A stretch of 64,000 bases of DNA from a bacterium (GTDB lineage Archaea; Thermoplasmatota; E2; JACPAO01; JAHFTW01), in the NCBI GenBank assembly GCA_040390065.1, contig JAZJZE010000002.1:1-64000 (forward strand), written 5' to 3'. Position 1 is the first letter of the stretch. The number at the start of each line of letters is the position of its first letter. A program made the position numbers and the translations under genes. Below are positions 46,086 through 56,982 of this stretch, one piece after another. The notes under the pieces are model-generated. The model worked only from the letters and a program-made list of their open reading frames with translations, had not been told where the DNA came from and made no database searches.

Positions 46086-47135
46086 ATGAGCGAGCCCACC
46101 GCAGTGGCCTCGGTCGCGCACGACGGTGCGCCCCCGGAGCCCGCCCCGAACCCCCCGATGGACGCCCCCGAGCCCGAGATGCAGGCCCCGGCCGTCCCCG
46201 AAGGCGCCTCCCCCGTGGATGCCGATGCCCCCGCCGAGCTCGCCCCGGCACCGCCCGTGCCGAACCCGAACGGCCCCAAGCCCGGCATGAAGAAGGAAGA
46301 GTTGCAGAACCGCGCCAACCTCCTGCGCCGCGAACGCGACCGCCTCAACGACGACGCCCGCAAGCACGCGGAAGAGCGCGACGGATTCAACGCGCAAGTG
46401 CGCGGACTCGTCAACGAAGCCAACGAGCACAAGAAGCGCCGCGACGAACTGAACGAAGGCGTCAAGCGCGCGAAGGAGGCCCGCGACGAGGCCAACCGCA
46501 TCGCGGACGAGGCGGGCAAGGGCGCCGACCAACTGCGCCGCGAGCGCATGCCGGAAGGCGACGCAACCCTCACGGTCGCGAAACTCAAGAAGGAGGCCAA
46601 GCAGCTGGAATTCCAGCAGATGACCTCCGTCCTCACCGTCACCAAGGAGAAGGCCCTCATGGAGCGCCTCAAGGAGATCGGCAAGCAGATCCGCGAGAAG
46701 GAGAAGACGCTGCGCGCCGACCCCGAACTCAAGGCCGCGCTCGAAAAGGCCGAGGAACTGAAGGAGAAGGCAGAGAAGTCGCACGCCAAGGTCGGCGAGA
46801 TGGCCGAGAAGGCGCAAGGCGAACACGACGCCATGATCAAGCTCTACAAGCAGTCTGACAAACTGCGAAAGACTGCGGACAAGCTGCAGGAACGCTTCGT
46901 CATCAGCAAGATGGAAGCGGACAAGATCCACAAGACGTACATCGAGTTCGTGAACGCCATCCACGAGATCGAAGACCAGGCCGCCACGTCAGGCGCCCCC
47001 CCGGGCTCGAGCCGCGCCGAGGCCAACCAAGCCCGCAGCGAGGCCGCCGCAGAACTCGTGTTCCAGAAGTTCAAAGCCGGCGAGAAGTTGTCGACCGAGG
47101 ACTTGCTGACACTGCAGAAGGCTGGGCTCCTCTAG
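46086..47135 (+). CDS. Archaeal coiled-coil protein (COG1340-like)
   Basis: RDRLN/RDGFN/RDELN/RDEAN heptads, LEFQQMTSVL, C-terminal KFKAGEKLSTEDLLTLQK. Confidence 0.85.
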   Translation: MSEPTAVASVAHDGAPPEPAPNPPMDAPEPEMQAPAVPEGASPVDADAPAELAPAPPVPNPNGPKPGMKKEELQNRANLLRRERDRLNDDARKHAEERDGFNAQVRGLVNEANEHKKRRDELNEGVKRAKEARDEANRIADEAGKGADQLRRERMPEGDATLTVAKLKKEAKQLEFQQMTSVLTVTKEKALMERLKEIGKQIREKEKTLRADPELKAALEKAEELKEKAEKSHAKVGEMAEKAQGEHDAMIKLYKQSDKLRKTADKLQERFVISKMEADKIHKTYIEFVNAIHEIEDQAATSGAPPGSSRAEANQARSEAAAELVFQKFKAGEKLSTEDLLTLQKAGLL

Positions 47136-47493
47136 GGCAGCGCGACGCCATCGACCTGGGCGGCCGGGCCGAACGGGAGTCGGGCGGAGAAGACGAAACG
47201 ATTCATCTTCGCGCCACGTGGTTCCGGTACTCCCTCGCATCCCGAGCGCGCCAACCCACGGGACGCACTGAGGTCACGGACAACGCCGTACCGGCCGCAT
47301 CGGCGCACTCGGCGGCTTGGGACGAGCCGAAACCAACCACGCGGCCATCTCCTTGCCGTAGCCGTGCGACGCGACCTCACTGCCCCGCATTGGCTCGCCT
47401 TGACCGATGCCGTTCGCGCGCCGCCACGAACCGCCGATGGCGCGGATGCCGCGGATCGACGCAGCATTTGGCTGGTCGCATGCCGTCGCTTGA

Positions 47494-50400
47494 CTACGCC
47501 TTGCGGCGCGCCAGCAGCCCGACGGCCGCCAAGCCGACCAGCAGGCCGACCAATTCGAAGCCCGGCGAGCCCTTGCCCGTCGTCGACGAGCCCGACGGAG
47601 TCGGGGTGGGCGTCGCTTCGCCTGTCACTTGCAGGAGCGTGAAGCCAGTGACGCCGTCCTTGAAGACCGTGACCGTGTGCGTGCCCGGCGCCGTCGCCGT
47701 GCAGGTCGATCCGGAGCAGGTGCCGTCGGGCATCATGTCGAACCGGGCGCCCGACTGGGCGCTGGCCAACGGATTGTCGAAGGCGTCGAAGCCGCTGACG
47801 CTGAAGGTCTTGGGCACGCCGACCCCCACGGTGGCGCCGGCGGGCGTGACCTCGAGGCGACCGAGCGGTCCAGCGATCGTGGTGGCCGTCGTGGTTCCCG
47901 ACAAGCTACCGGAGCGCGCCGTGATGGTCGCCGTGCCGATGGACCTGCTCGAGAACGTGACGGTCGCCTGCCCGTTGGCGTCAGTCGTCGACAGTTGCGC
48001 CGAAAGGCTGCCGTCCGTGGCCGACCACGTGAGCGTCGCTCCCGTGATGCCCTTGCCGTTGGCGTCCTTCAGGGTCGCCTGCAACGGCCGTGATCCGCCG
48101 GCGCCGAAGGTGAAGGTGCCGGGCGTGATGGTCAAGGCCGAGGGTGTGGCCGACGTGACCGTGAACGTCACCGGGCTGTTCGTGAGACCTGCGGCTGCCG
48201 CGGTCACCGTGTTTGCGCCCGCCGTCGTGCCCGTCGTCACGGTCGCTGATGCCAGCCCTGACGAGGAGCTTGGACCGGAGGTCGGGGCGATGGAGCCTCC
48301 CCCGCTTGTCACAGCCCACGTCACGGTGACGCCCGGCACGCCGTTCTCGAACGCGTCGCTGACCTTGGCCTGCAGCGCCTGCGACGTCCCTGGAGCGTTG
48401 TTGGCCGCCGTGAAGGGATGCGCCGTGATCTTCTTCGCGACACCCGGCGTGACCGTCAGACTGAATTTGCCGGTGATGCCCAGGTTGTTGCCTGTCACGT
48501 TATGCACGCCGGCCTTGGTGAGCCCGTTGCACACGTTGCCCGTGGCGCAGGCGCCGCCGTTGTCGACCGTGAACGTCGTCGTCGACGTGACGTCGCCGAG
48601 GCTGCGACCGAGATCGTCGAAGGCGACAGCCGACAGCGTCACCTGGCCGACGTCGGCGCTCACGGTGGCGGGCGTGGCCGTCACGTTGAGACGCGCGATG
48701 ACGGGGCCACCGTTGCCGGAGACGCCAAGCGGATTGACCTTGAAGATGATGGGACTGTTCGTGAGCGCCGCGCCTTGCGCGTTGTTCGCCGATGCCGTGA
48801 CCGTGAGGGCCGGCGCCGTGGCCGACGCGGGTCCGTCCGTCGTGATCTGCGCGGTCGCGATGCCGGAGTCGTCCGTGACCGACGTCGTCGCGCCAAGGAT
48901 GCCGGCGCCGCTGGTCTTCGCCCACGTGACTGTCCGCCCGGCAACACCGTTGCCTGACGCGTCGCGGATCTTGACCTGCAGGACGAGGCTGCGGTTGCCC
49001 GGGACGCCGACAAAGGTCGATGCGGGGGAGACGATGTCGCTTGCCGGCTGGCTGATGAAGACGGAGCCGAAGTGCTCCTCGAGGACGACGCCGGGTGCGA
49101 TGAGGCGCACTTCGATCATGCCTGTTCGCCCGGTGCCAGACGGGTTGACGATGCCGGACAACTGCGCGGTGATGGTGCCCGGCGGGCACGGGGCGCCGTC
49201 GCCCGCGCGCATGATCAGCATCTCGTAGTAGAAGGACGTGACATAGTAGGTGCCAGAGCAGCCCGTGACGATGGCCACTGGGGGCGCGGCCCAGATGGTC
49301 ACTCCTCCGGCCGATGCGAAGGGCAACGTGCTCTGCGATAGCGTGATGGAGCCGCCGCCTGCCGCCACCGCGGCGACCGTCGTGCCGGTCGGGACATTCC
49401 AGCCCGTGACGGGCTTGCCGACATCGGAGTCGAGGAACAGGTTCAGCGCGCTCGTCACGGTGGTCGTTCCTCCGGTGACGAAGGCGCTGTCGCTGACCCA
49501 ACGCGGGCTCGCATACGGGCCGGGTGGGGTTTTCTCGAAGAAGGAGATGCCGAGCGACCCGGTGGCCGGCCACGTCGATGTCGACCCGATGAGGAACGTG
49601 TACGTTGCGGCGACGCCGGGGTCCAGGTGGTCGGCGCCGATGACGACTGGCGTCGCCGGGCCGGTCGTGATGGCCACGCCACCGGTGTCGATGATGCCGC
49701 CGGACGAGGTCGTGGTCTGGAACGGGATGAAGCTGGACTGCGGCCCTGCCGGGTTCGTGATGCCGGCGGTGATCGTGACCGTGAGCGACGTCCCGGCCAG
49801 GCATTTGGCCCCGGCCGCGCGGTCGAACAACGCCGTTCCGCCCGCACTTCCACTGCCCGTCGACAGGGCGTCCATGAGGAACGTGTCGCCCGTGGTGCAA
49901 GGGTTTCCGGACAGGGTCGCCGCGAGGGAGCCGGGGCCGGCCACGACGACGCCGTAGCCCGCGGGAAAGGTTGCGGTGAACAGGCCGTTGTTCGGCCAGT
50001 CGTTCGCGAGCGTGAACTGGAACGTGTACGACGACGTCACGCCGGCGGCCGGAGTGCTCGGCGACAGGGATACGGACGTGAGCGCCGAAGGCAGGATGGA
50101 CACCGTCACGGGGGACGCGGCGGCTGGGCCTTGGTCCACCTTCACGGATGGCCCGGGTGTGGCCGAGGTCCACGTCGAGAAGGCGGTCGGCGACGTGAAG
50201 GTCTGTACGCCGGCGACGCCGGGGTTCTTGACACCAGTCAAGGTCATCGTGACCGTCGTGCCGGCTGCGCAGGCGGTGCCTCCGGAGCGCGTGATGGTGG
50301 CCACGGTCGTCGTGTGCGTCACGGCAAAGGTTCCGTCACAGCCTGTGACCGTGGCAATCGTGCCGAGCGCGCCCAAGTCAAAAGTGCCCGGAGTCGTGCC

Positions 50401-53010
50401 GAAGTCGACCTTGAAAAGGCCGCCAATCGGCCAGGGGTTCGTGAGCTTGAACTGGATCGAGTACGTCGTGGTCGCTCCGTCGAAGACCGAGGTCGGCGTT
50501 GCCGAAATTCCCGTCAGCGCGGCGACCGTGATGCTTGCGGTTTGGCCGACTTGCGGCGGCGTCGTCAGGGCAGGCGTCGCATCGATTGCAGCGCCGGTGG
50601 ACGTCTCGGTCTCCCACAGGAGGCCGTAGTTGCCCGGCACGGGGGGATTCTTGACGCCCGAAATGGTCAGGATGGCGCTGGAGCCGGGCGCGCAGTCCGA
50701 CGCGGCTCCGCTGCGCTGGATGGTGACGACCTGGGTCGTGCCGACGCGCGTCGCTGTGAACGTCCCCGAGAAACAGGTCGCCCCCGTCGTGCCCACGCTG
50801 GGCGACATGCCGGCGAGGTCGACTTGGGACGGGAACGTGACCTTCGCCATGCCCGTGGACGGCCATTGGTTGACCAACGTGAATGCGATGCTGTACGCCG
50901 CCGTGGATCCTGCCGTCGACGGGATCGGCACGACCGAGGAGGGCCCGTCCGAGAAGGTTGCTGCAACGTACGTGATGGCCGCCGCCGTGCCGACGTCAAT
51001 ATCCGCGCCGAGAGCGGTGCGCGTGCGTAGCGTGAAGGGGCCTGCAACGCCGGAGAACGGCTGGTTGGTGACGCCCGAGATTTCCACCGCCAGGGGCGTG
51101 CCAGCGACACAACCGGTGCCGCCCGTGCGGGCCGCCATCTTGACGGTGCCCGGGGCAACGAGGCTGAAGATGGTGGCGCCGTTCGTCACGCCGTTCAGGC
51201 ATCCCGAGGCCGGCACGATGAGGGCGGCGCCGGAGACGCCAAGCGACGTCGGCAAGCCCGAGATCCAGAGTTCATCCGTCGTGGTCCACAAGTTGGCGGG
51301 CGTGAATTCGAGGCGGTAGGTGACCGGGTTCTTCCCCGCCGTGTAATCCGAGAGCCACGCGGCAGTCGCCGTGAGCACCCCCGGGTTAATCGTGATCGTG
51401 CCGGTCCCGTAGTCGATTTCGGGGACGCCGGCGGTCATCGTCTTGATGTTGCCCGACGTCAACGCTCCGAAGTCCTGGAGGCCGCCGTAACGGGGATTGC
51501 GGATGCCTCCCAGCGTCAACGTCCATGCGCCCCGGGAGCAGACTGCGGGGACGTTCGTGCCGCTCGTAGCGCGCGTCACCGTGATGACGTGGAGGCTGGT
51601 GATGGTAACAGGGAACACGCCGGTCGTGCAGCCGGTCACCGTGGCCGGCGTAGTCACGCCCGACAGGATGACGTCATCGGGGAAGGTGAACTGGATGCGG
51701 CCGTCCATCGGCAGGGCGTTTGCGCTCGTCCAGGCGAATTCCCAGGAAGAAAGGACGCCTGCGACGGCCGGGGTGGGCGTCGTCGTGATGGTGACCCCCG
51801 ACAGCGTGCCGACGGTCATCAGCGGCGAGACCCCCGCCACATTGGTGTCCACGAGGCCGTCGAGGATCGTGATGACGCTGCCAGCCGCCTGGGCGCCGGT
51901 CGCGCTCTGCGACATGGTGACGCTCGAGGCGCTCGTGAACGAGATGATCGTCGTGCCAGAAGGGATGTTCGGGCCCATGACGAGGCGACCGACGTCCGCG
52001 GCGGTGAAGACGGCGCCTGCGGCGCTGCCGAGGGCGGGCGACAGGTTCGCGGTGGTGCCGTCGACGAAGCCGCGCTGCGACCCCGTCGAGGTGAAGGTGC
52101 GGATGGTGAAGGCTCCAGGTTGGGCCGCAACGCCCGGATTCGTGACACCACTGACGGTCACGGACAGAACCTGGCCGGGGGTGCAGGCGCCGCCGGGGAC
52201 GCGCGTCAAGGTGATGGTCGGAACCGTCAAGACGGCCGGTCCGGCGGGCGTCGGGCTGATGTTGGCGCCCACTGCGCTCAACGTGCCAGTCACGCAGCTG
52301 CCGCCGCTTGCCGTCGGCGTCGCGGCCAAGGCGTAGGGCTGCGGCGTGTAGTCGTTGGGGAATTGGATGACCATCTTGCCATTGGCAGGCCACGTCCCGG
52401 CCCCGGTTTCGGTGAAGGTGTAGGTCGTGACCGCCCCGGCAACCGGCGTCGCCGGGAGGGTCGAGATGCTGCCAGAGGAGAACGCACCGTTGATCACGAT
52501 GCTCGCCGTCGCCGAGTCGATCGTGGCGCCGCCGGCGTTGCGCGTGCGCATGTCGATGACGTACGGGCCCGATGCGGCAGGGTTGTCGAGTCCACCGAAG
52601 CCGATGGTGGCGATGGCGCCGGCCGGACAGGCACCGCCGTCGTTGGAACGCGTAAGGAGGATGCGGCCCGGCAGCGAGAAGTCGGGGGCTGCCAGGGTGC
52701 CCGCGCCAGGGGCGGCGCATGCCGTGCCCGACATTGCGAAGGAGACGGCGCCGGATGCAGTGTCCGCCCAGGCGGCCGGGAATTGGATGAGCAAGTCGCC
52801 GTTGGCGTCCCAGCTGCTTGCGAGCTTGAGCGAGAAGAGGTGCGTCGGAGTCGCGCCCGCGGCCAGGTTGCTGGGGACGTCGAACGGCTGCGTGCCCGAC
52901 TGCGCAAGCGCGCCGGCTTGGGCGCCAGGGGCGGTCAGGACGAGGACGGCCAAGGTGGCCACGACGGCCAGTCCGAGGACGGCGAACAGGCCAGTGCGTT
53001 CATTCGACAT
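47494..53010 (-). CDS. Large Thr/Gly-rich surface glycoprotein with Ig-like (Big_1) domains and PGF-CTERM
   Basis: Signal peptide, repeated beta-sandwich units ending GVxNP, invasin-like repeats, tail KGSPGFELVGLLVGLAAVGLLARRKA. Confidence 0.9.
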   Translation of the reverse strand: MSNERTGLFAVLGLAVVATLAVLVLTAPGAQAGALAQSGTQPFDVPSNLAAGATPTHLFSLKLASSWDANGDLLIQFPAAWADTASGAVSFAMSGTACAAPGAGTLAAPDFSLPGRILLTRSNDGGACPAGAIATIGFGGLDNPAASGPYVIDMRTRNAGGATIDSATASIVINGAFSSGSISTLPATPVAGAVTTYTFTETGAGTWPANGKMVIQFPNDYTPQPYALAATPTASGGSCVTGTLSAVGANISPTPAGPAVLTVPTITLTRVPGGACTPGQVLSVTVSGVTNPGVAAQPGAFTIRTFTSTGSQRGFVDGTTANLSPALGSAAGAVFTAADVGRLVMGPNIPSGTTIISFTSASSVTMSQSATGAQAAGSVITILDGLVDTNVAGVSPLMTVGTLSGVTITTTPTPAVAGVLSSWEFAWTSANALPMDGRIQFTFPDDVILSGVTTPATVTGCTTGVFPVTITSLHVITVTRATSGTNVPAVCSRGAWTLTLGGIRNPRYGGLQDFGALTSGNIKTMTAGVPEIDYGTGTITINPGVLTATAAWLSDYTAGKNPVTYRLEFTPANLWTTTDELWISGLPTSLGVSGAALIVPASGCLNGVTNGATIFSLVAPGTVKMAARTGGTGCVAGTPLAVEISGVTNQPFSGVAGPFTLRTRTALGADIDVGTAAAITYVAATFSDGPSSVVPIPSTAGSTAAYSIAFTLVNQWPSTGMAKVTFPSQVDLAGMSPSVGTTGATCFSGTFTATRVGTTQVVTIQRSGAASDCAPGSSAILTISGVKNPPVPGNYGLLWETETSTGAAIDATPALTTPPQVGQTASITVAALTGISATPTSVFDGATTTYSIQFKLTNPWPIGGLFKVDFGTTPGTFDLGALGTIATVTGCDGTFAVTHTTTVATITRSGGTACAAGTTVTMTLTGVKNPGVAGVQTFTSPTAFSTWTSATPGPSVKVDQGPAAASPVTVSILPSALTSVSLSPSTPAAGVTSSYTFQFTLANDWPNNGLFTATFPAGYGVVVAGPGSLAATLSGNPCTTGDTFLMDALSTGSGSAGGTALFDRAAGAKCLAGTSLTVTITAGITNPAGPQSSFIPFQTTTSSGGIIDTGGVAITTGPATPVVIGADHLDPGVAATYTFLIGSTSTWPATGSLGISFFEKTPPGPYASPRWVSDSAFVTGGTTTVTSALNLFLDSDVGKPVTGWNVPTGTTVAAVAAGGGSITLSQSTLPFASAGGVTIWAAPPVAIVTGCSGTYYVTSFYYEMLIMRAGDGAPCPPGTITAQLSGIVNPSGTGRTGMIEVRLIAPGVVLEEHFGSVFISQPASDIVSPASTFVGVPGNRSLVLQVKIRDASGNGVAGRTVTWAKTSGAGILGATTSVTDDSGIATAQITTDGPASATAPALTVTASANNAQGAALTNSPIIFKVNPLGVSGNGGPVIARLNVTATPATVSADVGQVTLSAVAFDDLGRSLGDVTSTTTFTVDNGGACATGNVCNGLTKAGVHNVTGNNLGITGKFSLTVTPGVAKKITAHPFTAANNAPGTSQALQAKVSDAFENGVPGVTVTWAVTSGGGSIAPTSGPSSSSGLASATVTTGTTAGANTVTAAAAGLTNSPVTFTVTSATPSALTITPGTFTFGAGGSRPLQATLKDANGKGITGATLTWSATDGSLSAQLSTTDANGQATVTFSSRSIGTATITARSGSLSGTTTATTIAGPLGRLEVTPAGATVGVGVPKTFSVSGFDAFDNPLASAQSGARFDMMPDGTCSGSTCTATAPGTHTVTVFKDGVTGFTLLQVTGEATPTPTPSGSSTTGKGSPGFELVGLLVGLAAVGLLARRKA

Positions 53011-53216
53011 GACGTCGGGGGGCGACCCGGACCACATGGGTCAAACGACTCGCGCGCCCCTACTTAAGGTCTTATGGAGGATTCGGTGGCTGCCTGGACA
53101 GGGGAAATCCTCGGGTTTTTCCGGCCTGGAAATTCTATTGGCCGGCTGGATGGGGTTGCGGCCGCGGTCAGGGCCCCGGCCTGAAACGCTTTCTCGGGGC
53201 CGGGCGTCCGAAGGGC

Positions 53217-54155
53217 GTGTCCGTTTGCTCGAAGTGCCGCTCGCCGAGCGTCATCTTCCTGCGTTATGCCGGGACGCACTTGTGTCGCGAGCACTTCCTC
53301 GAATTCTTCGCGCGGCGCGCCAAACTCGAGATCGCTCGGCAAGGCCGTCTGCCCGAAGGGACAGTCGCCGTCGCGCTGTCGGGCGGCAAGGATTCCGTCT
53401 CGGTCCTGCACTTCCTGCACCAGATGCTCGGCGGCCGCCCCGGCATCCGGCTCGTCGCCGTCACCGTCGATGAGGGGATCGCGGGCTACCGCGACTCGGC
53501 CCTGGACATCTGCCGCGAGGTGACGAAGCGTCTTGGCGTCCCATGGACACTCGTGAAGACGGAGGAGCTTGCGGGCTACTCCATCGACCAGTACGCGGCA
53601 GGAACGCACGGACCCGGGGGCGAGTCGCACACGAATGCCCCGCGGGCGGCGTGTGGCCCTTGCGGTGTCTTCCGGCGCGTTGGCATGAACCGACTTGCAC
53701 GCGACGCGGGGGCATCCGCCATCGTGACCGGCCACAACCTTGACGACCAGGCGCAGACCATCCTGATGAACCACCTCAAGGGCGACCTGGACCGGGCCTC
53801 GCGGATGGCGCCCCATGACCAAGGCGATCGCCATGATGGCCTTGTGCCGCGACTCATGCCGTTTCGGACGATCCCCGAGAAGGAAGTCCTCCTGTACGCC
53901 GTGCTGAACGACTTGCCACTGCACCATGAGGCGGAGTGTCCCTACGCCGAGCGCAGCCAGCGCTTCGCCTTGCGCGATGTCTTGACCAGCCTGGAAGAAA
54001 GGACGCCCGGGACGCGACATGCGCTCGTGCGTGGGCAGGACCGGTTGCAACCGATTCTCCTGGCGGCGCTGCCGAAGACTCCGCTTGCGTCATGCCCGGA
54101 GTGCGGCGAGGCGACGAGCGGGGAGCGCTGCATGGCATGCGCCCTACGCGCCTGA
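53217..54155 (+). CDS. ttuA: tRNA 2-thiolation protein, Ncs6/TtuA family
   Basis: CSKC..HLC..HF, PP-loop SGGKDS, CGPCGVFRR, TGHNLDD, CPY and CPEC..CMAC. Confidence 0.92.
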   Translation: MSVCSKCRSPSVIFLRYAGTHLCREHFLEFFARRAKLEIARQGRLPEGTVAVALSGGKDSVSVLHFLHQMLGGRPGIRLVAVTVDEGIAGYRDSALDICREVTKRLGVPWTLVKTEELAGYSIDQYAAGTHGPGGESHTNAPRAACGPCGVFRRVGMNRLARDAGASAIVTGHNLDDQAQTILMNHLKGDLDRASRMAPHDQGDRHDGLVPRLMPFRTIPEKEVLLYAVLNDLPLHHEAECPYAERSQRFALRDVLTSLEERTPGTRHALVRGQDRLQPILLAALPKTPLASCPECGEATSGERCMACALRA

Positions 54156-54252
54156 GCGGCCCATCAAACGAAACAACCGACGCAACAGACGGCCCGCTGA
54201 TTCGGTTGCCTCAGGTACATCGGTTGATGGACCGGGCGATGCGATGAGGGGG

Positions 54253-55434
54253 CTACTGCGTGGCCGCCGTCGTGGCACCCATCTTCCCCGTGCACGGGTT
54301 GAGGTGGTGGCCCGAGTTGGGGCCAGGAAGGACGCAGCCGCTGGGCAGGTCGACGTCGATGGAGTGGTACCCGATGCCTTCGGTCAGGACGAGGCCGGGC
54401 CCGATGGCTTGGTGGTCGAGTTTCCAGGTTCCGGTGGGGTCGCCCGTGCCGAAGAAGACGATCTTGAGGCCGCTCTCGCCCGCGCCGGAATGGACGGAGT
54501 ACACAGTGCCGTTGGGCGAGGTCACCGTCTCCGTGTAGTCACCGACGCCGGGGGATTGTGCGGGCAGGCCGGGCACGATGAAGTTGGTGAGGTCGCCGAC
54601 GAGGATGGTGAACGCGAGGTGGTCGTAGCCGGGCTGGACGTCGACGGTTTCGCTTGCGGCCGCTGGCTTGGGGTCCTGCGTGGGGCTGGTCTGCGCGTTC
54701 CATGGTCCGAGGCGGCCGTTCTGGAACACGAGGTCATGCGCATGGGGGACACGCACGACGCCGTGGTAGCCGTAGCCGTGTGCCGCGACTTCGACGGTTG
54801 CGTAGTTGGGGTCGTCGAGGCGCACGACTTCGCCGGTCTCGGCGTCGTACGTCGCGGTCCAGTTGAAGGAGCCGTTGGCGGTGTCCTCGAAGTGGATCGT
54901 GGCCTTTCCGTCGGCTGCGGCAGTGACGAGGGCATGGCCGGGCCGGCCTTCGAAGGCGGAGTCCCAGCGCTTGCCGGTCGCCAGGGGGAAGTCGAGGATC
55001 TTCATGCCGACGTCGTGCACTTCGAAGGAGAGGTCCTTCTGGTCGATGTCGCCATAGCCGGGCACGTGCAGGACGAGTGCGTCGTTGGAGAAGCCGTCGA
55101 TGGGGAAGCCGACGAGATACTGGGTGCCGAAGGTGCCGGCGACGACGCGCTTGATGTGCAGCACGTGTCCCGCGAAGTGGTCCGTGACCGTGTACTCCCA
55201 CCATTCGCCGAGGCGCCATTGCGGCGGCGCCTGAAGCGTGCGCTCTCCCGGTGCGGGCGGTGTGGCGTTGAGGATGGGGATGTCCACCTTGTTGGCGCCG
55301 CCGTCGTCGTACTGCAGCAGGACGCCTCCCGTGTTGGACTGCTCCGTCGTCCCGCCGGTGCATCCGGCGACGAGGAGGACGACAAGGGCAAGGATTGCGC
55401 CGCGCACAGCCGGCAAGGCCGGGCGTTCGTTCAT
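54253..55434 (-). CDS. Hypothetical lipoprotein
   Basis: Lipobox VAGC; PQWRLGEWWEY motif. Confidence 0.8.
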   Translation of the reverse strand: MNERPALPAVRGAILALVVLLVAGCTGGTTEQSNTGGVLLQYDDGGANKVDIPILNATPPAPGERTLQAPPQWRLGEWWEYTVTDHFAGHVLHIKRVVAGTFGTQYLVGFPIDGFSNDALVLHVPGYGDIDQKDLSFEVHDVGMKILDFPLATGKRWDSAFEGRPGHALVTAAADGKATIHFEDTANGSFNWTATYDAETGEVVRLDDPNYATVEVAAHGYGYHGVVRVPHAHDLVFQNGRLGPWNAQTSPTQDPKPAAASETVDVQPGYDHLAFTILVGDLTNFIVPGLPAQSPGVGDYTETVTSPNGTVYSVHSGAGESGLKIVFFGTGDPTGTWKLDHQAIGPGLVLTEGIGYHSIDVDLPSGCVLPGPNSGHHLNPCTGKMGATTAATQ

Positions 55435-55460
55435 GAGCGTTGCGTCTGCGGAGCGAAGCC

Positions 55461-56513
55461 CTAGGTCCGTGAAGGCTGGACCAGGAAGAAGACTTGGAGG
55501 TAGTAGTGTGCGGGGAGGCCGGACCCGTCGTCGACGACTGCCATGAAGGTGCGGCCGGTGGCGTTGAGGTTGGGGTCGTAGAATCGCAGTGCCTCGCGCT
55601 CGTACGGCGAGTTGGACTCAGCGAGGAACGCCCCACTCGCGTCGAGGAGTTGCAAATCAAGGTCGGTGGGGACGCCATTGGTGCCGTTGGCGGACACGAC
55701 GACGACCATGCCGCGCGCGTCGGCGGGGACGAGGATTGGAATTGGCGGGCTCGAGCTGGCCGAACCGCCGCCCACCGCGACTCCGGGCCCGAGTGAGCCT
55801 TCCTGGTGGGGGCCGGCCAGGATGGAGTTGGTCGTGCGGTTCCACGGGGCGACGACGGGGTGGACGTGCGAATTCTTGTCGCCGCCGACGTCGAGGTAGA
55901 GTGGCGCCGCCGCGGACTGCGAGCCTTGCACGGCAACGAGGAAAACGGGACGGGCTCCTGCGGGGATGCCGACGCCTCCTGGCGTGAGGGCCGTGTCGTT
56001 GATGCGGACGTCGAAGCGCGTCCCGGCCTGCTGCAAGGCGACGCGGGCTTGGCCGTTGACGGGGAAGGATGGCGCGGCGGCTGCGTCGTCGGGCAAGTCG
56101 TAGCCGAACCAGACCTCGACGCCGCCGAAGTCCTGCAAGTCACCGGTCCACGCCTGGCTGGTCTCGAAGATGAGGTGGACGGTGAAGTTGGACATCCAGA
56201 CCGCTGTCGCGACCGGCTGGCCCGTGAAGCGCAGGAGGTCGCGCTCGTGCGTCGGGTCGCTGCCGCCGGAGATGGCAATCTGGCCGGAGGTCACGTTCGC
56301 GGCGACGAGGCCGTAGGACGTATCCAGGTTCCACGTGAGGCGGACGGGGGCGATGGGAGCCGTTGCGTTGCTGATTGCGCCGTGCAGGGGAGGTCCCGTC
56401 GCGGACGTGGACGCATCCTGCGTCGGCGACGACGATGAGCAGCCGGCAAGCAGCAGGCCCAAGAGCAGTCCGACGACGGCCTTCACGCGGCTGGAGGCGG
56501 CAGCGAGGGTCAT
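55461..56513 (-). CDS. Hypothetical lipoprotein with a PPC-like C-terminal domain
   Basis: Lipobox LAGC; DLDLQLLDASG motif. Confidence 0.75.
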   Translation of the reverse strand: MTLAAASSRVKAVVGLLLGLLLAGCSSSSPTQDASTSATGPPLHGAISNATAPIAPVRLTWNLDTSYGLVAANVTSGQIAISGGSDPTHERDLLRFTGQPVATAVWMSNFTVHLIFETSQAWTGDLQDFGGVEVWFGYDLPDDAAAAPSFPVNGQARVALQQAGTRFDVRINDTALTPGGVGIPAGARPVFLVAVQGSQSAAAPLYLDVGGDKNSHVHPVVAPWNRTTNSILAGPHQEGSLGPGVAVGGGSASSSPPIPILVPADARGMVVVVSANGTNGVPTDLDLQLLDASGAFLAESNSPYEREALRFYDPNLNATGRTFMAVVDDGSGLPAHYYLQVFFLVQPSRT

Positions 56514-56582
56514 GAGGATTCCGCCGAGGCCGGGGGCAACACACGCACACGGAAACAGGATACATCGCACCCGGCGAGGGGC

Positions 56583-56826
56583 CGAGCCCGCCGGAGCGAA
56601 GCGAACGGCGGGCGAGTGGGGTTGGGCTCAAGCGGGCCCAAGCGAAGCGCGGGCAAGCGTGGGCCGCCGGGGGCGCGTTGCGGAACGCCCTGGACAAGCC
56701 CCTGCGAGCGCAGGTGCGCGAGCCCTTGGGGGCCGTGGGGGCCGAAATGCCCTCCGCCGGGGGGAAACGCGCGGGGGGCGGGAAGCCCCCCGCCGCTATG
56801 TGGTGTCGAGCGCAGCGAGACATCAC
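56583..56826. repeat. Cluster of GC-rich hairpins with GAGCG(A/C)AGCGA loops
   Basis: At least five stems, e.g. GCCCGCCG/CGGCGGGC, GCGGGGGGC/GCCCCCCGC and GTGGTGTC/GACATCAC. Confidence 0.65.
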
Positions 56827-56982
56827 GAAGAAAATGATCGACCTGGTTGCAGGTCGAGTGCAACCCCCGCCCCCGCCGTTGGGAGGAGCCGATGACCGTG
56901 GGAGGACAGCCATCAACGCGGCGGGGGCGGGTGTGCGGGGAGGAGGGAGGAGGAGAGGGAAGAGGGAGGCATCACGATGATT

